Source: Candidatus Hadarchaeum sp.
GTDB lineage: Archaea > Hadarchaeota > Hadarchaeia > Hadarchaeales > Hadarchaeaceae
Assembly: GCF_038871235.1 (NCBI RefSeq)
Contig: NZ_JAVZIN010000002.1
Coordinates: forward strand, 43,043-107,042
Direction: 5' to 3'
Length of the DNA: 64,000 nucleotides
In this document: piece after piece, positions 1 to 14,029 of the stretch
How the letters are laid out: each line of letters begins with the position of its first letter
Position numbering within the stretch: the first letter of the stretch is position 1
Position numbers and translations under genes: made by a program
The notes under the pieces: model-generated
The model's database searches: none
Seen by the model: only the letters and a program-made list of their open reading frames with translations
What the model was told of the DNA's origin: nothing

Positions 1-373
1 TTCCCACCAAGGCGCCTTTACGTTCGGCAGACTGGCTACTTCCCACACGCTGCAGACACAGCGTGGCTAGGACTTGGGCCTGATAGGGTGTTGTCGCGGC
101 CCCCACACTCATGCTTACGGTTACCGGAAATTTGTTATTGATCACTTTCTGAATCTCCCGATGCTCTTCCATAGAGATGCCATTAGTCACGGCGAAGAGA
201 TTATCGAACCTGGTCGGGAAAACTAATCCGCCACGCGAGCCGAACTGACGCTCCAGCTCGGCAAAGAGCTCCGCCTGCAACACTTGAAGCTCAAATTCCC
301 TTCTGGGCTCAGGCGTGACTGTCCATGGACCATAATTGTCTATCTGGATCAGGGTGAGCTGTATTTTCCTCAT
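1..373 (-). CDS. gch3: GTP cyclohydrolase III (IIa), N-terminal part; runs off the window start
   Basis: Manual translation from ATG at 373: [38 protein letters not shown]...[12 protein letters not shown]...PVTVSMSVG...TPYQAQ, the typical GCH III signature; absent from the ORF track because truncated. Confidence 0.9.
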   Translation of the reverse strand, partial: MRKIQLTLIQIDNYGPWTVTPEPRREFELQVLQAELFAELERQFGSRGGLVFPTRFDNLFAVTNGISMEEHREIQKVINNKFPVTVSMSVGAATTPYQAQVLATLCLQRVGSSQSAERKGALVG

Positions 374-477
374 AACATCCTCTAATTTTATTGCCTGAAG
401 TGTGTAAATAATGTTTCGAAAATATGTCAAATTCTTTCCGAAAAAAGGGACGAATAAAGAGCAAGGAAGGGAATAAC

Positions 478-1806
478 ATGAAGATTCCCTGTGTCCTAAC
501 TATAGCTGGCTCTGATTCCGGAGGCGGCGCCGGGATTCAAGCCGATATAAAGACAATGGCGGCGCTCGGCGTTCATGGGCTGTGTGCCATTACTGCCGTA
601 ACCGCTCAAAACACGCGCGGTGTTGCTGCCGTTATCGAGTTGCCACCGGAGTTCGTCGCCAAACAAATCGATGTTGTCATGGACGATTTTGATGTGAAAT
701 TTGCCAAGACTGGAATGCTAAGCAGCGGGGAGATTATCAGGGCTGTTTCAGACCGTGTTAAAAAATATCAACTAAGGGTAGTTGTTGATCCGATAATTAT
801 TTCCGCGAGCGGTTCGCCCCTCATGAGAGAGGGGGCCTTATCGGCAATTGGTGAATTACTCTCCTGCGCTGAACTAGTAACGCCAAACATTCACGAGGCT
901 GAAAAGTTATCTGGATTAAGAATTAAATCGATTGGCGACATGAAACGCGCTGCCAAAAAAATTGCCGATCTCGGTCCACGAGCAGTCCTGATTAAAGGCG
1001 GGCATCTGGGGAGGGAAACTGTAACTGACGTTCTGTACCAAAATGGAGATTTCGAGGAGTTCAGCGGGCCTAGAATAACTAGAGAGACCACCCATGGCAC
1101 AGGTTGCTCCTTATCCTCAGCAATTGCTGCCGAACTCGCCAAAGGCGCAACGCTGAGCGCCGCGGTCGGAAAGGCCCGGGAATTCATAACTCAGGCAATC
1201 AAAGGTCGGTTAAAGCTGGGCCATGGTGTCGTGCCGATCAACCAGATGGCGGGAATTCTGAGGGAGATTGAAACAGCGCGAGCTGTCACTGAAGTCTGGA
1301 AAGCCGCCCAGCTACTGGTGAAAAATCCGAAATTTGTAAAGTTGATCCCTGAAGTGGGGACAAACATTGTGATGGCATTACCTGGAGCAAAATCCAGATC
1401 TGATGTAGTCGGGCTTTCGGGGCGGATAGTGAGAACCAGTAGCGGGGCCGTGTTAACCGGATTTCCTGAGCTTGGAGGCTCAGAACATATGGCCAACGCT
1501 GTTCTGATTGCACACAGATTTGACTCCAGGATTCGCTCGGTGATGAACATCCGATTCTCTCCCGAGAACCTGCAAGCCTGCAGATCACTGGGACTAAGCA
1601 TCTCTTCCTTCGACCGCGCCAGGGAACCAAAGGGAGTGAAAACCATGGAGTGGGGCACGGAACAGGCCATAAAAAAGATAGGCCGAGTTCCGCAAGTCAT
1701 TTTTGACAAGGGCGGTCCGGGCAAAGAAGCCATGATCAGACTTCTAGGCGATGCTCCAGGCGAGATTGCTTCTCTGGCGTTGAAAATAGCAGAAAAAATT
1801 AACTAA
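478..1806 (+). CDS. thiDN: Bifunctional HMP/HMP-P kinase - thiamine-phosphate synthase ThiN fusion
   Basis: [22 protein letters not shown] motifs; C-terminal [23 protein letters not shown] (ThiN); start at ATG 478 preferred. Confidence 0.93.
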   Translation: MKIPCVLTIAGSDSGGGAGIQADIKTMAALGVHGLCAITAVTAQNTRGVAAVIELPPEFVAKQIDVVMDDFDVKFAKTGMLSSGEIIRAVSDRVKKYQLRVVVDPIIISASGSPLMREGALSAIGELLSCAELVTPNIHEAEKLSGLRIKSIGDMKRAAKKIADLGPRAVLIKGGHLGRETVTDVLYQNGDFEEFSGPRITRETTHGTGCSLSSAIAAELAKGATLSAAVGKAREFITQAIKGRLKLGHGVVPINQMAGILREIETARAVTEVWKAAQLLVKNPKFVKLIPEVGTNIVMALPGAKSRSDVVGLSGRIVRTSSGAVLTGFPELGGSEHMANAVLIAHRFDSRIRSVMNIRFSPENLQACRSLGLSISSFDRAREPKGVKTMEWGTEQAIKKIGRVPQVIFDKGGPGKEAMIRLLGDAPGEIASLALKIAEKIN

Positions 1807-1854
1807 GAGGAAAGCTTTTTTACCTATCCGCCAAAACGAGCGGGAGGGACAAAG

Positions 1855-2064
1855 ATGGGAAGCGTGAGGTCGCTGTACATAAAACGAGCGGCGAGAGAAA
1901 TCCTTGAAAAATATCCCAACAAGTTCACCAAGGATTTCAGTGAAAACGCCAGAATCCTCGATGAGTTAATAAAAACGGACAGTAAGACAACCCGCAATAG
2001 AGTGGCAGGATATATAACTAAAATTATGAAACGGGAAAACGGAACAGCGGCTGAGAATATCTAA
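1855..2064 (+). CDS. rps17e: 30S ribosomal protein S17e
   Basis: MGSVRSLYIKR...FTKDFSEN...SKTTRNRVAGYIT. Confidence 0.95.
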   Translation: MGSVRSLYIKRAAREILEKYPNKFTKDFSENARILDELIKTDSKTTRNRVAGYITKIMKRENGTAAENI

Positions 2065-2183
2065 AAACAAACTTGTTCTAAAAAATTAATTTTCATTACC
2101 ACCTCCTAAGCCAATTTGCCCCATTTTTAATCCATTTTCCTCCGCATTTTTTAATAGAAAGAGCGTTAATCAATTAGATTCCT

Positions 2184-3425
2184 ATGTACATTCCACTAAT
2201 CATCTTAGTTGTAGTTTTCTTACTGATCGCGATAAGAAGAGTTGGTAGAATAAGTCTGCAGATGTGGCAGATCATGCTGTTCGGTGCCATCGCGGTTTTA
2301 GTGACAGGACAAATTTCACCGATGGATGCTTTGAAATCAATAAACTTGGATGTGATGCTGTTTCTCTTCGGGATGTTCACCGTTGGACAAGCCATGGATG
2401 AAAGCGGTTACTTATCACACCTATCCTACAAGATTTTCAACCGTTCCCGCTCAATCGACTCCTTGATACTATCAATTCTTTTCGTTATGGGCTTGACCTC
2501 GGCATTCTTGATGAACGACACCATTGCCATCATCGGAACTCCAGTCATGCTGTTCCTAGCCAAAAGACATGCCATCTCCCCCAAGCTGTTGCTGCTTACC
2601 TTAGCCTTCGCAGTTACGATAGGAAGTGCGATGAGCCCCATCGGCAACCCGCAGAACGTCCTAATTGCCATAAACGGGGGCTTCGCCAACCCATTTATCA
2701 CCTTTTTCAGGTTTCTCTTCCTGCCCACGATTATCAATCTTTTCGTGGCCTATCTTATACTGAAGTTCTTCCATCGGGAACAATTTCACTCAAAACCGTT
2801 GCTGCATTCCCAAGAGCCAATAAAGGACCACTTCCTCGCCTTACTTTCCAAACTTTCCTTGCTCATAATAGTGGTCCTAGTAATGATTAAAATCGGGTTG
2901 TGCTATCTGGCCCCCCAGTTCGATTTCAGGTTGACCTATGTTGCGCTAATTGCTGCCGCACCTATTTTAATTTTCAGCCCGCGGAGATTAAGAATACTAA
3001 AAAATATTGACTGGCATTCCCTCATTTTTTTCGCGGCAATGTTTGTGCTCATGGAAAGCGTCTGGCAGACGGGGTTTTTCCAGTCCATGATAACCAGCTT
3101 GAAAGTGAATATCGTGTCAATAACTATGATCTTAGTAATCAGCACCATTCTGAGTCAGTTCATTTCAAATGTGCCTCTAGTAGCTCTATATTTGCCCATG
3201 CTGACCCAAGCCGGAGCCTCATCCAAAGAGACGATCGCCTTGGCGGCTGGAAGCACCATCGCTGGAAATTTGTTCATCTTAGGAGCAGCGAGCAACGTGA
3301 TAATCATTCAAAACGCGGAAAAGAAATCCGGGGACACCTTGACCTTCTTTGAATTCGCCAAAGTTGGAGCTCCGCTGACCGTCGCAAATATTATAATCTA
3401 CTGGATCTTCTTGTCTTGGCTCTAA
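2184..3425 (+). CDS. ArsB/NhaD (IT superfamily) anion permease
   Basis: Multi-TM protein with FLMNDT, SPIGNPQN, ISNVP, STIAGN..ILGAASNVII motifs. Confidence 0.85.
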   Translation: MYIPLIILVVVFLLIAIRRVGRISLQMWQIMLFGAIAVLVTGQISPMDALKSINLDVMLFLFGMFTVGQAMDESGYLSHLSYKIFNRSRSIDSLILSILFVMGLTSAFLMNDTIAIIGTPVMLFLAKRHAISPKLLLLTLAFAVTIGSAMSPIGNPQNVLIAINGGFANPFITFFRFLFLPTIINLFVAYLILKFFHREQFHSKPLLHSQEPIKDHFLALLSKLSLLIIVVLVMIKIGLCYLAPQFDFRLTYVALIAAAPILIFSPRRLRILKNIDWHSLIFFAAMFVLMESVWQTGFFQSMITSLKVNIVSITMILVISTILSQFISNVPLVALYLPMLTQAGASSKETIALAAGSTIAGNLFILGAASNVIIIQNAEKKSGDTLTFFEFAKVGAPLTVANIIIYWIFLSWL

Positions 3426-3538
3426 TTTGGCCAGCTGTTCTTTGACAATAATTCAGTCTACAATTAAAAAGCGATCAACGGAAAAATTTAAATAAACACA
3501 GGGTTTCCTTTTTTTATCCTTGAAGAAGGAGGAATAGC

Positions 3539-3715
3539 ATGCCACCAGTCGTTGACCTTAAAAAGTGCACTGGGGCTGGAGTCTGCGCAGAGGTCTGCCC
3601 GGCCAACGTCATTGAAATCCAAAATGGAAAGGCCGTAGTTGTTCGTCCGGATGACTGTATTGAGTGCCGAGCCTGCGAGGCCTCGTGCCCAAACGGTGCC
3701 ATTAAGCTCCCATGA
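3539..3715 (+). CDS. Small dicluster ferredoxin (58 aa)
   Basis: Manual translation MPPVVDLKKCTGAGVCAEVCPANV...DDCIECRACEASCPNGAIKLP; GGAGG RBS upstream; below the ORF-track cutoff. Confidence 0.92.
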   Translation: MPPVVDLKKCTGAGVCAEVCPANVIEIQNGKAVVVRPDDCIECRACEASCPNGAIKLP

Positions 3716-3868
3716 ATGTGACTAAATATCCCGCATCAAAATTGAACCTAATCAAGCGGGGACTATTTTTCACCCTCGTTATAATGACTTGATTATTGTT
3801 GCCTAATCTTAATCGAAGTGTTTACAAAATTTTCGAAAATGCAAAATTTAGATCTCGTGATTATGAAA

Positions 3869-3884
3869 GCCATGCATAGGTCGC
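3869..3884 (-). repeat. 3' arm of 23S processing stem (inverted repeat with 6973-6988)
   Basis: gccatgcataggtcgc at 3869-3884 is the perfect reverse complement of gcgacctatgcatggc at 6973-6988; pairing extends about 13 bp further with G-U pairs. Confidence 0.85.
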
Positions 3885-3905
3885 AACTGCACTAACCTGT
3901 TACTG

Positions 3906-6948
<3,043 letters not shown>

Positions 6949-7055
6949 TCTGTAAACCCAGCTAGCACAGCTGCGACCTATGCATGGCAATCATCTTGCG
7001 TTTTCCGCAATATGCCCTTAGCACGAGAGTTTCCTCGCGTGCCGCATTTATAATG

Positions 7056-7127
7056 TGGACCCGGCGGGAATCGAACCCGCGACCTTCGGCTTGCAAAGCC
7101 GACGCTCTGCCTCTGAGCTACAGGCCC
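7056..7127 (-). tRNA. tRNA-Ala(UGC) in the 16S-23S spacer
   Basis: Cloverleaf GGGCCUG...CGGGUCCA, G3-U70 pair, anticodon loop UUUGCAA; CCA not encoded. Confidence 0.96.
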
Positions 7128-7155
7128 CACGAGGGTTCGGTACTCAAAACTTCAA

Positions 7156-8633
<1,478 letters not shown>

Positions 8634-8660
8634 TATTGTCGCAAAGCCAATGAAATTGGC

Positions 8661-8690
8661 TTGAGTACCGAACCTATCTCGGACCCGAGC
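8661..8690 (-). other. 5' arm of 16S processing stem with bulge-helix-bulge (pairs with 7121-7147)
   Basis: 14-bp perfect helix 8661-8674/7134-7147, AUA bulge, CGAG/CUCG 4-bp helix, UGG bulge, outer helix CGGGUC/GGCCUG. Confidence 0.85.
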
Positions 8691-8836
8691 CCTTCCAGTA
8701 GCCTGGTTTGTTCGGATCCACATTTTGAGTCCACACCAAGAGTACGATTTCTCATCGTGGGACATTCACGGTCCCAAACTCCAAATCGACGCCGTTCACA
8801 CTGCAGTGTGGACGGTATAATCTCTGAAACTTACCA

Positions 8837-8844
8837 TACTTAAA
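8837..8844 (-). promoter_or_regulatory. Putative TATA box of the rRNA operon
   Basis: TTTAAGTA on the minus strand about 200 nt upstream of 16S, ahead of a hairpin-rich leader. Confidence 0.5.
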
Positions 8845-9075
8845 GCTAACGCAGCGCCCCACCATTTTGCTCGATATTCGAAAATTCTGTTTTCCCAACC
8901 TTTCTAAAATCTTAAACGGTCACGAACATGAAAACAGCTTTTTCCATCTGTTCAACTACTATAAAAACATGTTTTGAAACTCGGCGAAATTAAATCTCGC
9001 AAACGTTGCCATTCCCATAAACAACCAACGAAAGTACTAAAAAGCCGCCGTATAAGTAATTGGCGAGGTGACCTG

Positions 9076-9303
9076 ATGAAAAGGTTGTCTGAGTTGAACG
9101 GCCTCAAGGTCTACAGCGATCGCGCGCGCTACGTGGGAACTGTAGAAGATGCTGTAATCGATGATAAAGAGGGAGCGGTAGTTGGCCTTGTTTTTGGGCG
9201 AAAGGGAGATAAGGCCCTATCAATTCCCTACACGAGCATCATGGCAATTGGAGATATCATTTTAATTCAGAGCAAAAAGGAAGAGGCAGTTGCGCCAACA
9301 TGA
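9076..9303 (+). CDS. PRC-barrel domain protein
   Basis: MKRLSELNGLKVYSDRARYVGTVEDAVID...IPYTSIMAIGDIILI; GAGGTGA RBS before ATG 9076. Confidence 0.85.
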   Translation: MKRLSELNGLKVYSDRARYVGTVEDAVIDDKEGAVVGLVFGRKGDKALSIPYTSIMAIGDIILIQSKKEEAVAPT

Positions 9304-9887
9304 TTGAGGCTTTTCGGGGTAAAAAGCCCCGCATCCATAAGACGGCATTCGTTCATCCGTCCGCCACAATTATAGGTGATGTTGTTATCGGCAAGCGCGC
9401 AAGCGTTTGGCCTGGGGCGGTCATCAGGGCGGACTTCGCCAGCGTAAAGATTGGTAACTACTCCAACGTTCAGGACAATGCGGTAATTCACTCCGGAGAT
9501 GTGTACCGGAACGGGAAGCCTGAATATTTTCCCACCAAAATTGGCAACTATGTAATCATCGGCCACCGCGCGCTAGTTCATGGCGCTACTATCGAAAACC
9601 AATGCATCATCGGTGCGGGCTCGGTTGTCTTTAACCGCGCGAGAGTCAGGAAAGGCGCAATGGTCGGGATTGGAGCAGTTGTTCTTAGAGATGTTGAAGT
9701 GCCACCGCGCACGGTTGTCGTAGGCATACCAGCTAGGCCCCTGCGGACGATAACAGACGAAGAATTCAGGCAGATTAAAACCCAAGCCATTAACTACTCA
9801 AAACTAGCTGAAGAATATCTTAAAGCGGAATCAATGTCGTCTCAAGTCCATCGTAAGTGGGGTAGGCCTCGACTAAAGCGAAAGTGA
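9300..9887 (+). CDS. Gamma-carbonic anhydrase family protein (hexapeptide repeat)
   Basis: IIGDVVIG, IRAD, SNVQDN, three Zn-ligand His (VIHS, IGHRALVHG). Confidence 0.88.
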   Translation: MIEAFRGKKPRIHKTAFVHPSATIIGDVVIGKRASVWPGAVIRADFASVKIGNYSNVQDNAVIHSGDVYRNGKPEYFPTKIGNYVIIGHRALVHGATIENQCIIGAGSVVFNRARVRKGAMVGIGAVVLRDVEVPPRTVVVGIPARPLRTITDEEFRQIKTQAINYSKLAEEYLKAESMSSQVHRKWGRPRLKRK

Positions 9888-10905
9888 GGTTTTTTTCCAT
9901 TTTAGCTAACTTTTCAGCCACGTACCAAGGCATTTCAATCCTTTTCTTGTGGTGGTCAATCACTATTAATTCTGCAGGAATCCTGTAGTCTCGCATTAAC
10001 CTTGACCGTACCGAAACCAATCTATCATCAGGCAAATTCAATATTACTCCCTTCACCAATAGACCATCAGGCGTAACGACCTCATGTGGTCTAGCGATAT
10101 TTTTTGCCTTGCGTTTGAGTCTGTTGCGCAACTGAACTGAATCCTTTAAAGCGCTGGGACAATAGTGAATGTTTAATTTGGTATTCTTGGCGGCCCACTT
10201 AAGTACCCTGATTGCCACCTCTTCACTCCCTTTAGCTGCCATGGAGGTACTGGACTTTAGTGTGAACCCTTTCTTTTTAAGTTGATCTAAGTTAGTATCG
10301 GAAAACTCCAACTCATTCAAGTTCACAAATTTGCACTTTATCTTATCCAGCTCAGCTAAAAGCGATGTAATCTTTCGATATTCACCCGGGATGGCGGGTA
10401 TTTCAACACCGGCACAAAGACATACGTCCAGCGCTAACTTAACCGGCTTTACCGACCAAGTATGGAACCTAATCTCATCCAAACCTTCGCGTTTAAGCTG
10501 GAGCAACTGCGACCTCGATAGCTCCCCGCAGCAGTACATATGCACATGGTGATTACGACCGAATTTTTCTTTCATAAGTCGCAAGTAGAATAAAACGCGC
10601 TTAAATCTAAGAGAAGGGTCACCTCCGGTGATCCCGGTGCCCAAGGCCTCCATTGATCTCGCCTCATCCAAAATATCTTTAGTCGATTTAATCGGCCTTT
10701 CATTCGCATAAGCTAAATCCTTGCCCGCCCTTTTCTCAGACAACGGACAATAAAAGCAACGGCGGCGGCAGAGCCCGGTTACAAAGAGCACCAACTTTGC
10801 TCCCTTTATGCAGAGTCTGCAGCCTTGAGGCATCTTTCCCAGAACTAAAGAATTTGCTGAAGTACGAATTATCCTGCGGTCGGCTCTATCTGTGGCCAAT
10901 CTCAT
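9820..10905 (-). CDS. Uncharacterised archaeal radical SAM protein (COG2108-like)
   Basis: GCRLC..GAKLVLFVTGLCRRRCFYCPLS (CxxxCxxC), GITGGDP, LDEIRFH, NLNELEFSDTN. Confidence 0.85.
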   Translation of the reverse strand: MRLATDRADRRIIRTSANSLVLGKMPQGCRLCIKGAKLVLFVTGLCRRRCFYCPLSEKRAGKDLAYANERPIKSTKDILDEARSMEALGTGITGGDPSLRFKRVLFYLRLMKEKFGRNHHVHMYCCGELSRSQLLQLKREGLDEIRFHTWSVKPVKLALDVCLCAGVEIPAIPGEYRKITSLLAELDKIKCKFVNLNELEFSDTNLDQLKKKGFTLKSSTSMAAKGSEEVAIRVLKWAAKNTKLNIHYCPSALKDSVQLRNRLKRKAKNIARPHEVVTPDGLLVKGVILNLPDDRLVSVRSRLMRDYRIPAELIVIDHHKKRIEMPWYVAEKLAKMEKNLTFALVEAYPTYDGLETTLIPL

Positions 10906-11320
10906 GACCCCAACGTCTTTTCTTGTCGGTGACTTCCTCTTTCCAAATGGGAACTTCCTTCTTTACCCTGTCCATTATCTTGGGAAGTGCGCTAAACACC
11001 TCGGCCCTTCTAACGCCAGCCACTAATACATATATTGCGTCATCACCTGGCGAGAGTTCATCGACAACATGGTGGATCATCACCCTCTTGATTCCGGGCC
11101 TTCTCTCAAAATCAGACGCTATTTCACCGAGCTTATCCACCGCGTCTTCTGCGCTTTCATAATGCAAATATTTAACAGATCCCCCTTCTAACGACACTCT
11201 CCGAATTACGCCCACAAAACATCCAATAGCTCCAACCTCCTTGTCTAAGCTGGCCTTCATCCGTTCAAGAAGGTCGTGGAAATTAACCTCTCCCTTTCGA
11301 TGCACACCTACATCAGGCAA
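10886..11320 (-). CDS. moaE: Molybdopterin synthase catalytic subunit
   Basis: GAIGCFVGVIR, LHYE, MDRVKKEVPIWKEE. Confidence 0.85.
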   Translation of the reverse strand: MPDVGVHRKGEVNFHDLLERMKASLDKEVGAIGCFVGVIRRVSLEGGSVKYLHYESAEDAVDKLGEIASDFERRPGIKRVMIHHVVDELSPGDDAIYVLVAGVRRAEVFSALPKIMDRVKKEVPIWKEEVTDKKRRWGHEIGHR

Positions 11321-11338
11321 AAGATATCACCGCTGAAT

Positions 11339-11623
11339 CTAACCACCCGAGACTGGAGGGAAGATTGCCACAACGTCTCCGTCTTTCAATTTAGTGTGCA
11401 AGCCTTGTAATAGGTTCACGCTCCTTCCATTCACGATGATGTTTACCGTCTCGCGCAATTTTTCGCCATCAAAGAGTTGCCTACCCAATTTCTCACCAAA
11501 CTTGGCTACGAGCGCCTTCAGCAGGGAGGAAACATCAGCGGTGCCCTCTATCACCGTTTTATCCGCACCTGCTGCCTCCCTGAAATTGGCAAAAAATTTT
11601 ACCGTTACTGCCACAACGCTCAC
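11339..11623 (-). CDS. moaD: MoaD/ThiS/SAMP ubiquitin-like sulfur carrier
   Basis: VKFFANFREAAG...LKDGDVVAIFPPVSGG C-terminus. Confidence 0.92.
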   Translation of the reverse strand: MSVVAVTVKFFANFREAAGADKTVIEGTADVSSLLKALVAKFGEKLGRQLFDGEKLRETVNIIVNGRSVNLLQGLHTKLKDGDVVAIFPPVSGG

Positions 11624-11708
11624 CGAAATCCTTCCAACTACCTAAAAAGATTAATTACTCAACCTTTTTAAGCATGCGTAAGAGAGTAGTCAAGGAAGGG
11701 TTGATTTC

Positions 11709-12248
11709 GTGGCGGAGGTCAAAACCCAATTACAGAATATCGTGCTTTCCGTAACTTACGAAGGCGTTGAATTTGACTTGGAGAAGTTGGCCAGATCACT
11801 TGAGGGGGCAAGATACGATCCGGAGGTATTTCCTGGAATCGCTTATAAGTCGGAGGACCCACAGGCTTCCTTCTTAATTTTCGCCTCAGGAAAAATGAAC
11901 TGTGTCGGCGCCAGAAGCATGGCAGATGCCAAGCTGGCCATAAAAAGGCTCACCAAGAAGCTTCAAAAGGCCGGAGTCAAGGTTAAAAGCGAGCCCAAAG
12001 TAAAAGTTCAGAACATCGTGGCCTCATTCGATTTCGGGCGCGAGTTCGACTTGGAGAAAATAGCCAGAACTTTTGAAAACACCGAATATGAACCTGAAGT
12101 TTTCCCTGGGCTGGTTTTCCGGTTAGACGAGCCAAAGGTAGTGGTTCTTCTCTTCGTCTCTGGAAAAGGGGTCTGCGCTGGTGCCAAAAGCATGGCGGAT
12201 ATCAAGGCGGCTGGGACAAAGATATTAAAACTTCTGAAACAGCACTAA
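11709..12248 (+). CDS. tbp: TATA-box binding protein (divergent)
   Basis: Two TBP repeats: QNIV..YDPEVFPG..LIFASGK and QNIVAS..YEPEVFPGLVFR..LLFVSGK. Confidence 0.93.
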   Translation: MAEVKTQLQNIVLSVTYEGVEFDLEKLARSLEGARYDPEVFPGIAYKSEDPQASFLIFASGKMNCVGARSMADAKLAIKRLTKKLQKAGVKVKSEPKVKVQNIVASFDFGREFDLEKIARTFENTEYEPEVFPGLVFRLDEPKVVVLLFVSGKGVCAGAKSMADIKAAGTKILKLLKQH

Positions 12249-12283
12249 TGATGTAACCAACTCGCTGTTTTGCCTACATAATG

Positions 12284-12760
12284 CTACTTGGCCAACTTTG
12301 CCACAATATTTGCCACTCTGTATCCCAAATCTCGGCAGTTTTCAATACTTTCTTGGCTTGGGCTTCCGACAGCAACTGATCCGTAATGCATAAGATTTGA
12401 TCTCCCCACTACAACCATGCCGTGAATAAGCATGGCATGGATTATGGACAACAGCGTGGTTTCGGACCCACCTGACCCTCCAAAGCTGGTAAAAGCAGCA
12501 CCGACCTTTCCATCGAGCTTGCCGTAGTATTTAACCGACTCGTCAACGAAGGTTTTCATCTTGGCCGACATCTGTCCGAAATGGCAGGGCGAACCGATAA
12601 TTACTCCGTCAGCTTCTAAAAGCTCATCAACCTTGGCCTGATCGACCTTCCTAAGCACCACCGCTACACCAGCGACCTTTTTAGCTCCCTCTGCCACTGC
12701 GTGAGCCATCTTTTCCGTGTTTCCAGATGCTGAGTCGTAAACGATTAAAACTTTGGGCAT
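12284..12760 (-). CDS. Flavodoxin/WrbA-like FMN-binding protein
   Basis: IVYDSASGNTEKMA, IIGSP, GKVGAAFTS. Confidence 0.88.
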   Translation of the reverse strand: MPKVLIVYDSASGNTEKMAHAVAEGAKKVAGVAVVLRKVDQAKVDELLEADGVIIGSPCHFGQMSAKMKTFVDESVKYYGKLDGKVGAAFTSFGGSGGSETTLLSIIHAMLIHGMVVVGRSNLMHYGSVAVGSPSQESIENCRDLGYRVANIVAKLAK

Positions 12761-12891
12761 TGAATATCCTCATTCATTATTTGTCTTTTCATTTCAATTT
12801 AAATTATCTGTACTGGACTAATCCATTTCCAAGATAAATCCCTCAACGAGCCTAATTTTTAACTTGGGCGAAGATAGAGCTTTTCGATACT

Positions 12892-14025
12892 ATGACTTCC
12901 ACTGTCATCGTCAGGTATGGAGAATTGGCCCTCAAAAGCGAGCCTGTAAGAAAAAGATTTGAGAGGTGCCTAATAAACTCGATAAAACGATCGCTGCGAA
13001 ATGTGACTTACACCATTAGAACCGAACGCGGTAGGATTTTCATTGATACTACCGCCACGGCAAAAACGGTGAAAATTCTGTCTCAGCTTCCTGGCATAAC
13101 CTCAATCAGCCCAGCTGTGAAGACGAAGGCAGACCTTGATGCCATTAAAGTCAAAGTAACTACCTTAGCCAAAAAAATACTAAAGCCCGGTATGTCTTTC
13201 GCAGTCAGAACTACTAGAATCGGAGAACATGCCTTTTCCAGCAGAGATATAAATATTGCTATAGGATCATATGTCCTTTCCCTCCTGAATAATCTAAAAG
13301 TCGATCTCTCCCATCCTGACGTTGAAATATCGATTGAGATCCGAGATAACGATGCCTACGTCTTTTCCAAAACGGTGCGGGGTGTTGGTGGATTGCCTGT
13401 TGGAACTCAAGGGAAAGTCGTGGCAATTTTGTCCGGGGATAAAAAAGACGCCATCGCGGCATTTATGATGCTAAAGAGAGGATGTATGGTAACACCACTA
13501 ATTTTGGACGCATACGACGGGATAGGCAATCACCGGACAGGGCTTACGATTGCACAAGCGGAAAGATTGTCACTTTTTGGCGCTGCCACCTCCCTCTGGT
13601 TATTCCCATTTAAGGATCTACTAAATCAAGTACAGAAAAAAACGGACAGCAAATTTTCCTTTATTATTCGCAGGCGTTGTGAACTGAGGGCCGCTGAGCT
13701 GGTCGCAAGAAGAATCGCCGCCGAAGCCGTTGTAACGGGTGACGACGCTCAATCTATTGCGGGGATAATGCTGCCAAACCTACATACCATTGACGCGGCC
13801 TGTCAGCTGCCCGTGTTGAGACCACTTTCCGGTCTGGAGGTAAACGAAATCAAAAAAATTGGCGTAAAAATAGGGCTAAAACTAGCTAAGGGTTCAAAAT
13901 TGTCTCACCCCTTAAAAGGCGCCGTTATTAGCGCCGAAGAAATTCTTGAACAGGAAGGGATAATAAACGTTAGGAAAATTATTGAGGATGCCTCTGAAAA
14001 AATAAGAAAAATAGAGGTCCGGTGA
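12892..14025 (+). CDS. ThiI-like protein (NFLD+THUMP intact, PP-loop domain degenerate)
   Basis: IVRYGELALKS, THUMP region, GVGGLPVGTQGK, VLRPL; SGGIDS replaced by SGDKKD. Confidence 0.8.
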   Translation: MTSTVIVRYGELALKSEPVRKRFERCLINSIKRSLRNVTYTIRTERGRIFIDTTATAKTVKILSQLPGITSISPAVKTKADLDAIKVKVTTLAKKILKPGMSFAVRTTRIGEHAFSSRDINIAIGSYVLSLLNNLKVDLSHPDVEISIEIRDNDAYVFSKTVRGVGGLPVGTQGKVVAILSGDKKDAIAAFMMLKRGCMVTPLILDAYDGIGNHRTGLTIAQAERLSLFGAATSLWLFPFKDLLNQVQKKTDSKFSFIIRRRCELRAAELVARRIAAEAVVTGDDAQSIAGIMLPNLHTIDAACQLPVLRPLSGLEVNEIKKIGVKIGLKLAKGSKLSHPLKGAVISAEEILEQEGIINVRKIIEDASEKIRKIEVR

Positions 14026-14029
14026 AAAC

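Noticed and set aside
3514-3702. 62-aa minus-strand ORF
   Set aside because: Antisense shadow of the ferredoxin at 3539-3715.
9820-9887. 68-bp convergent overlap of gamma-CA and radical SAM
   Set aside because: Most simply a short C-terminal run-on in a compact genome; the tail is outside the conserved fold.
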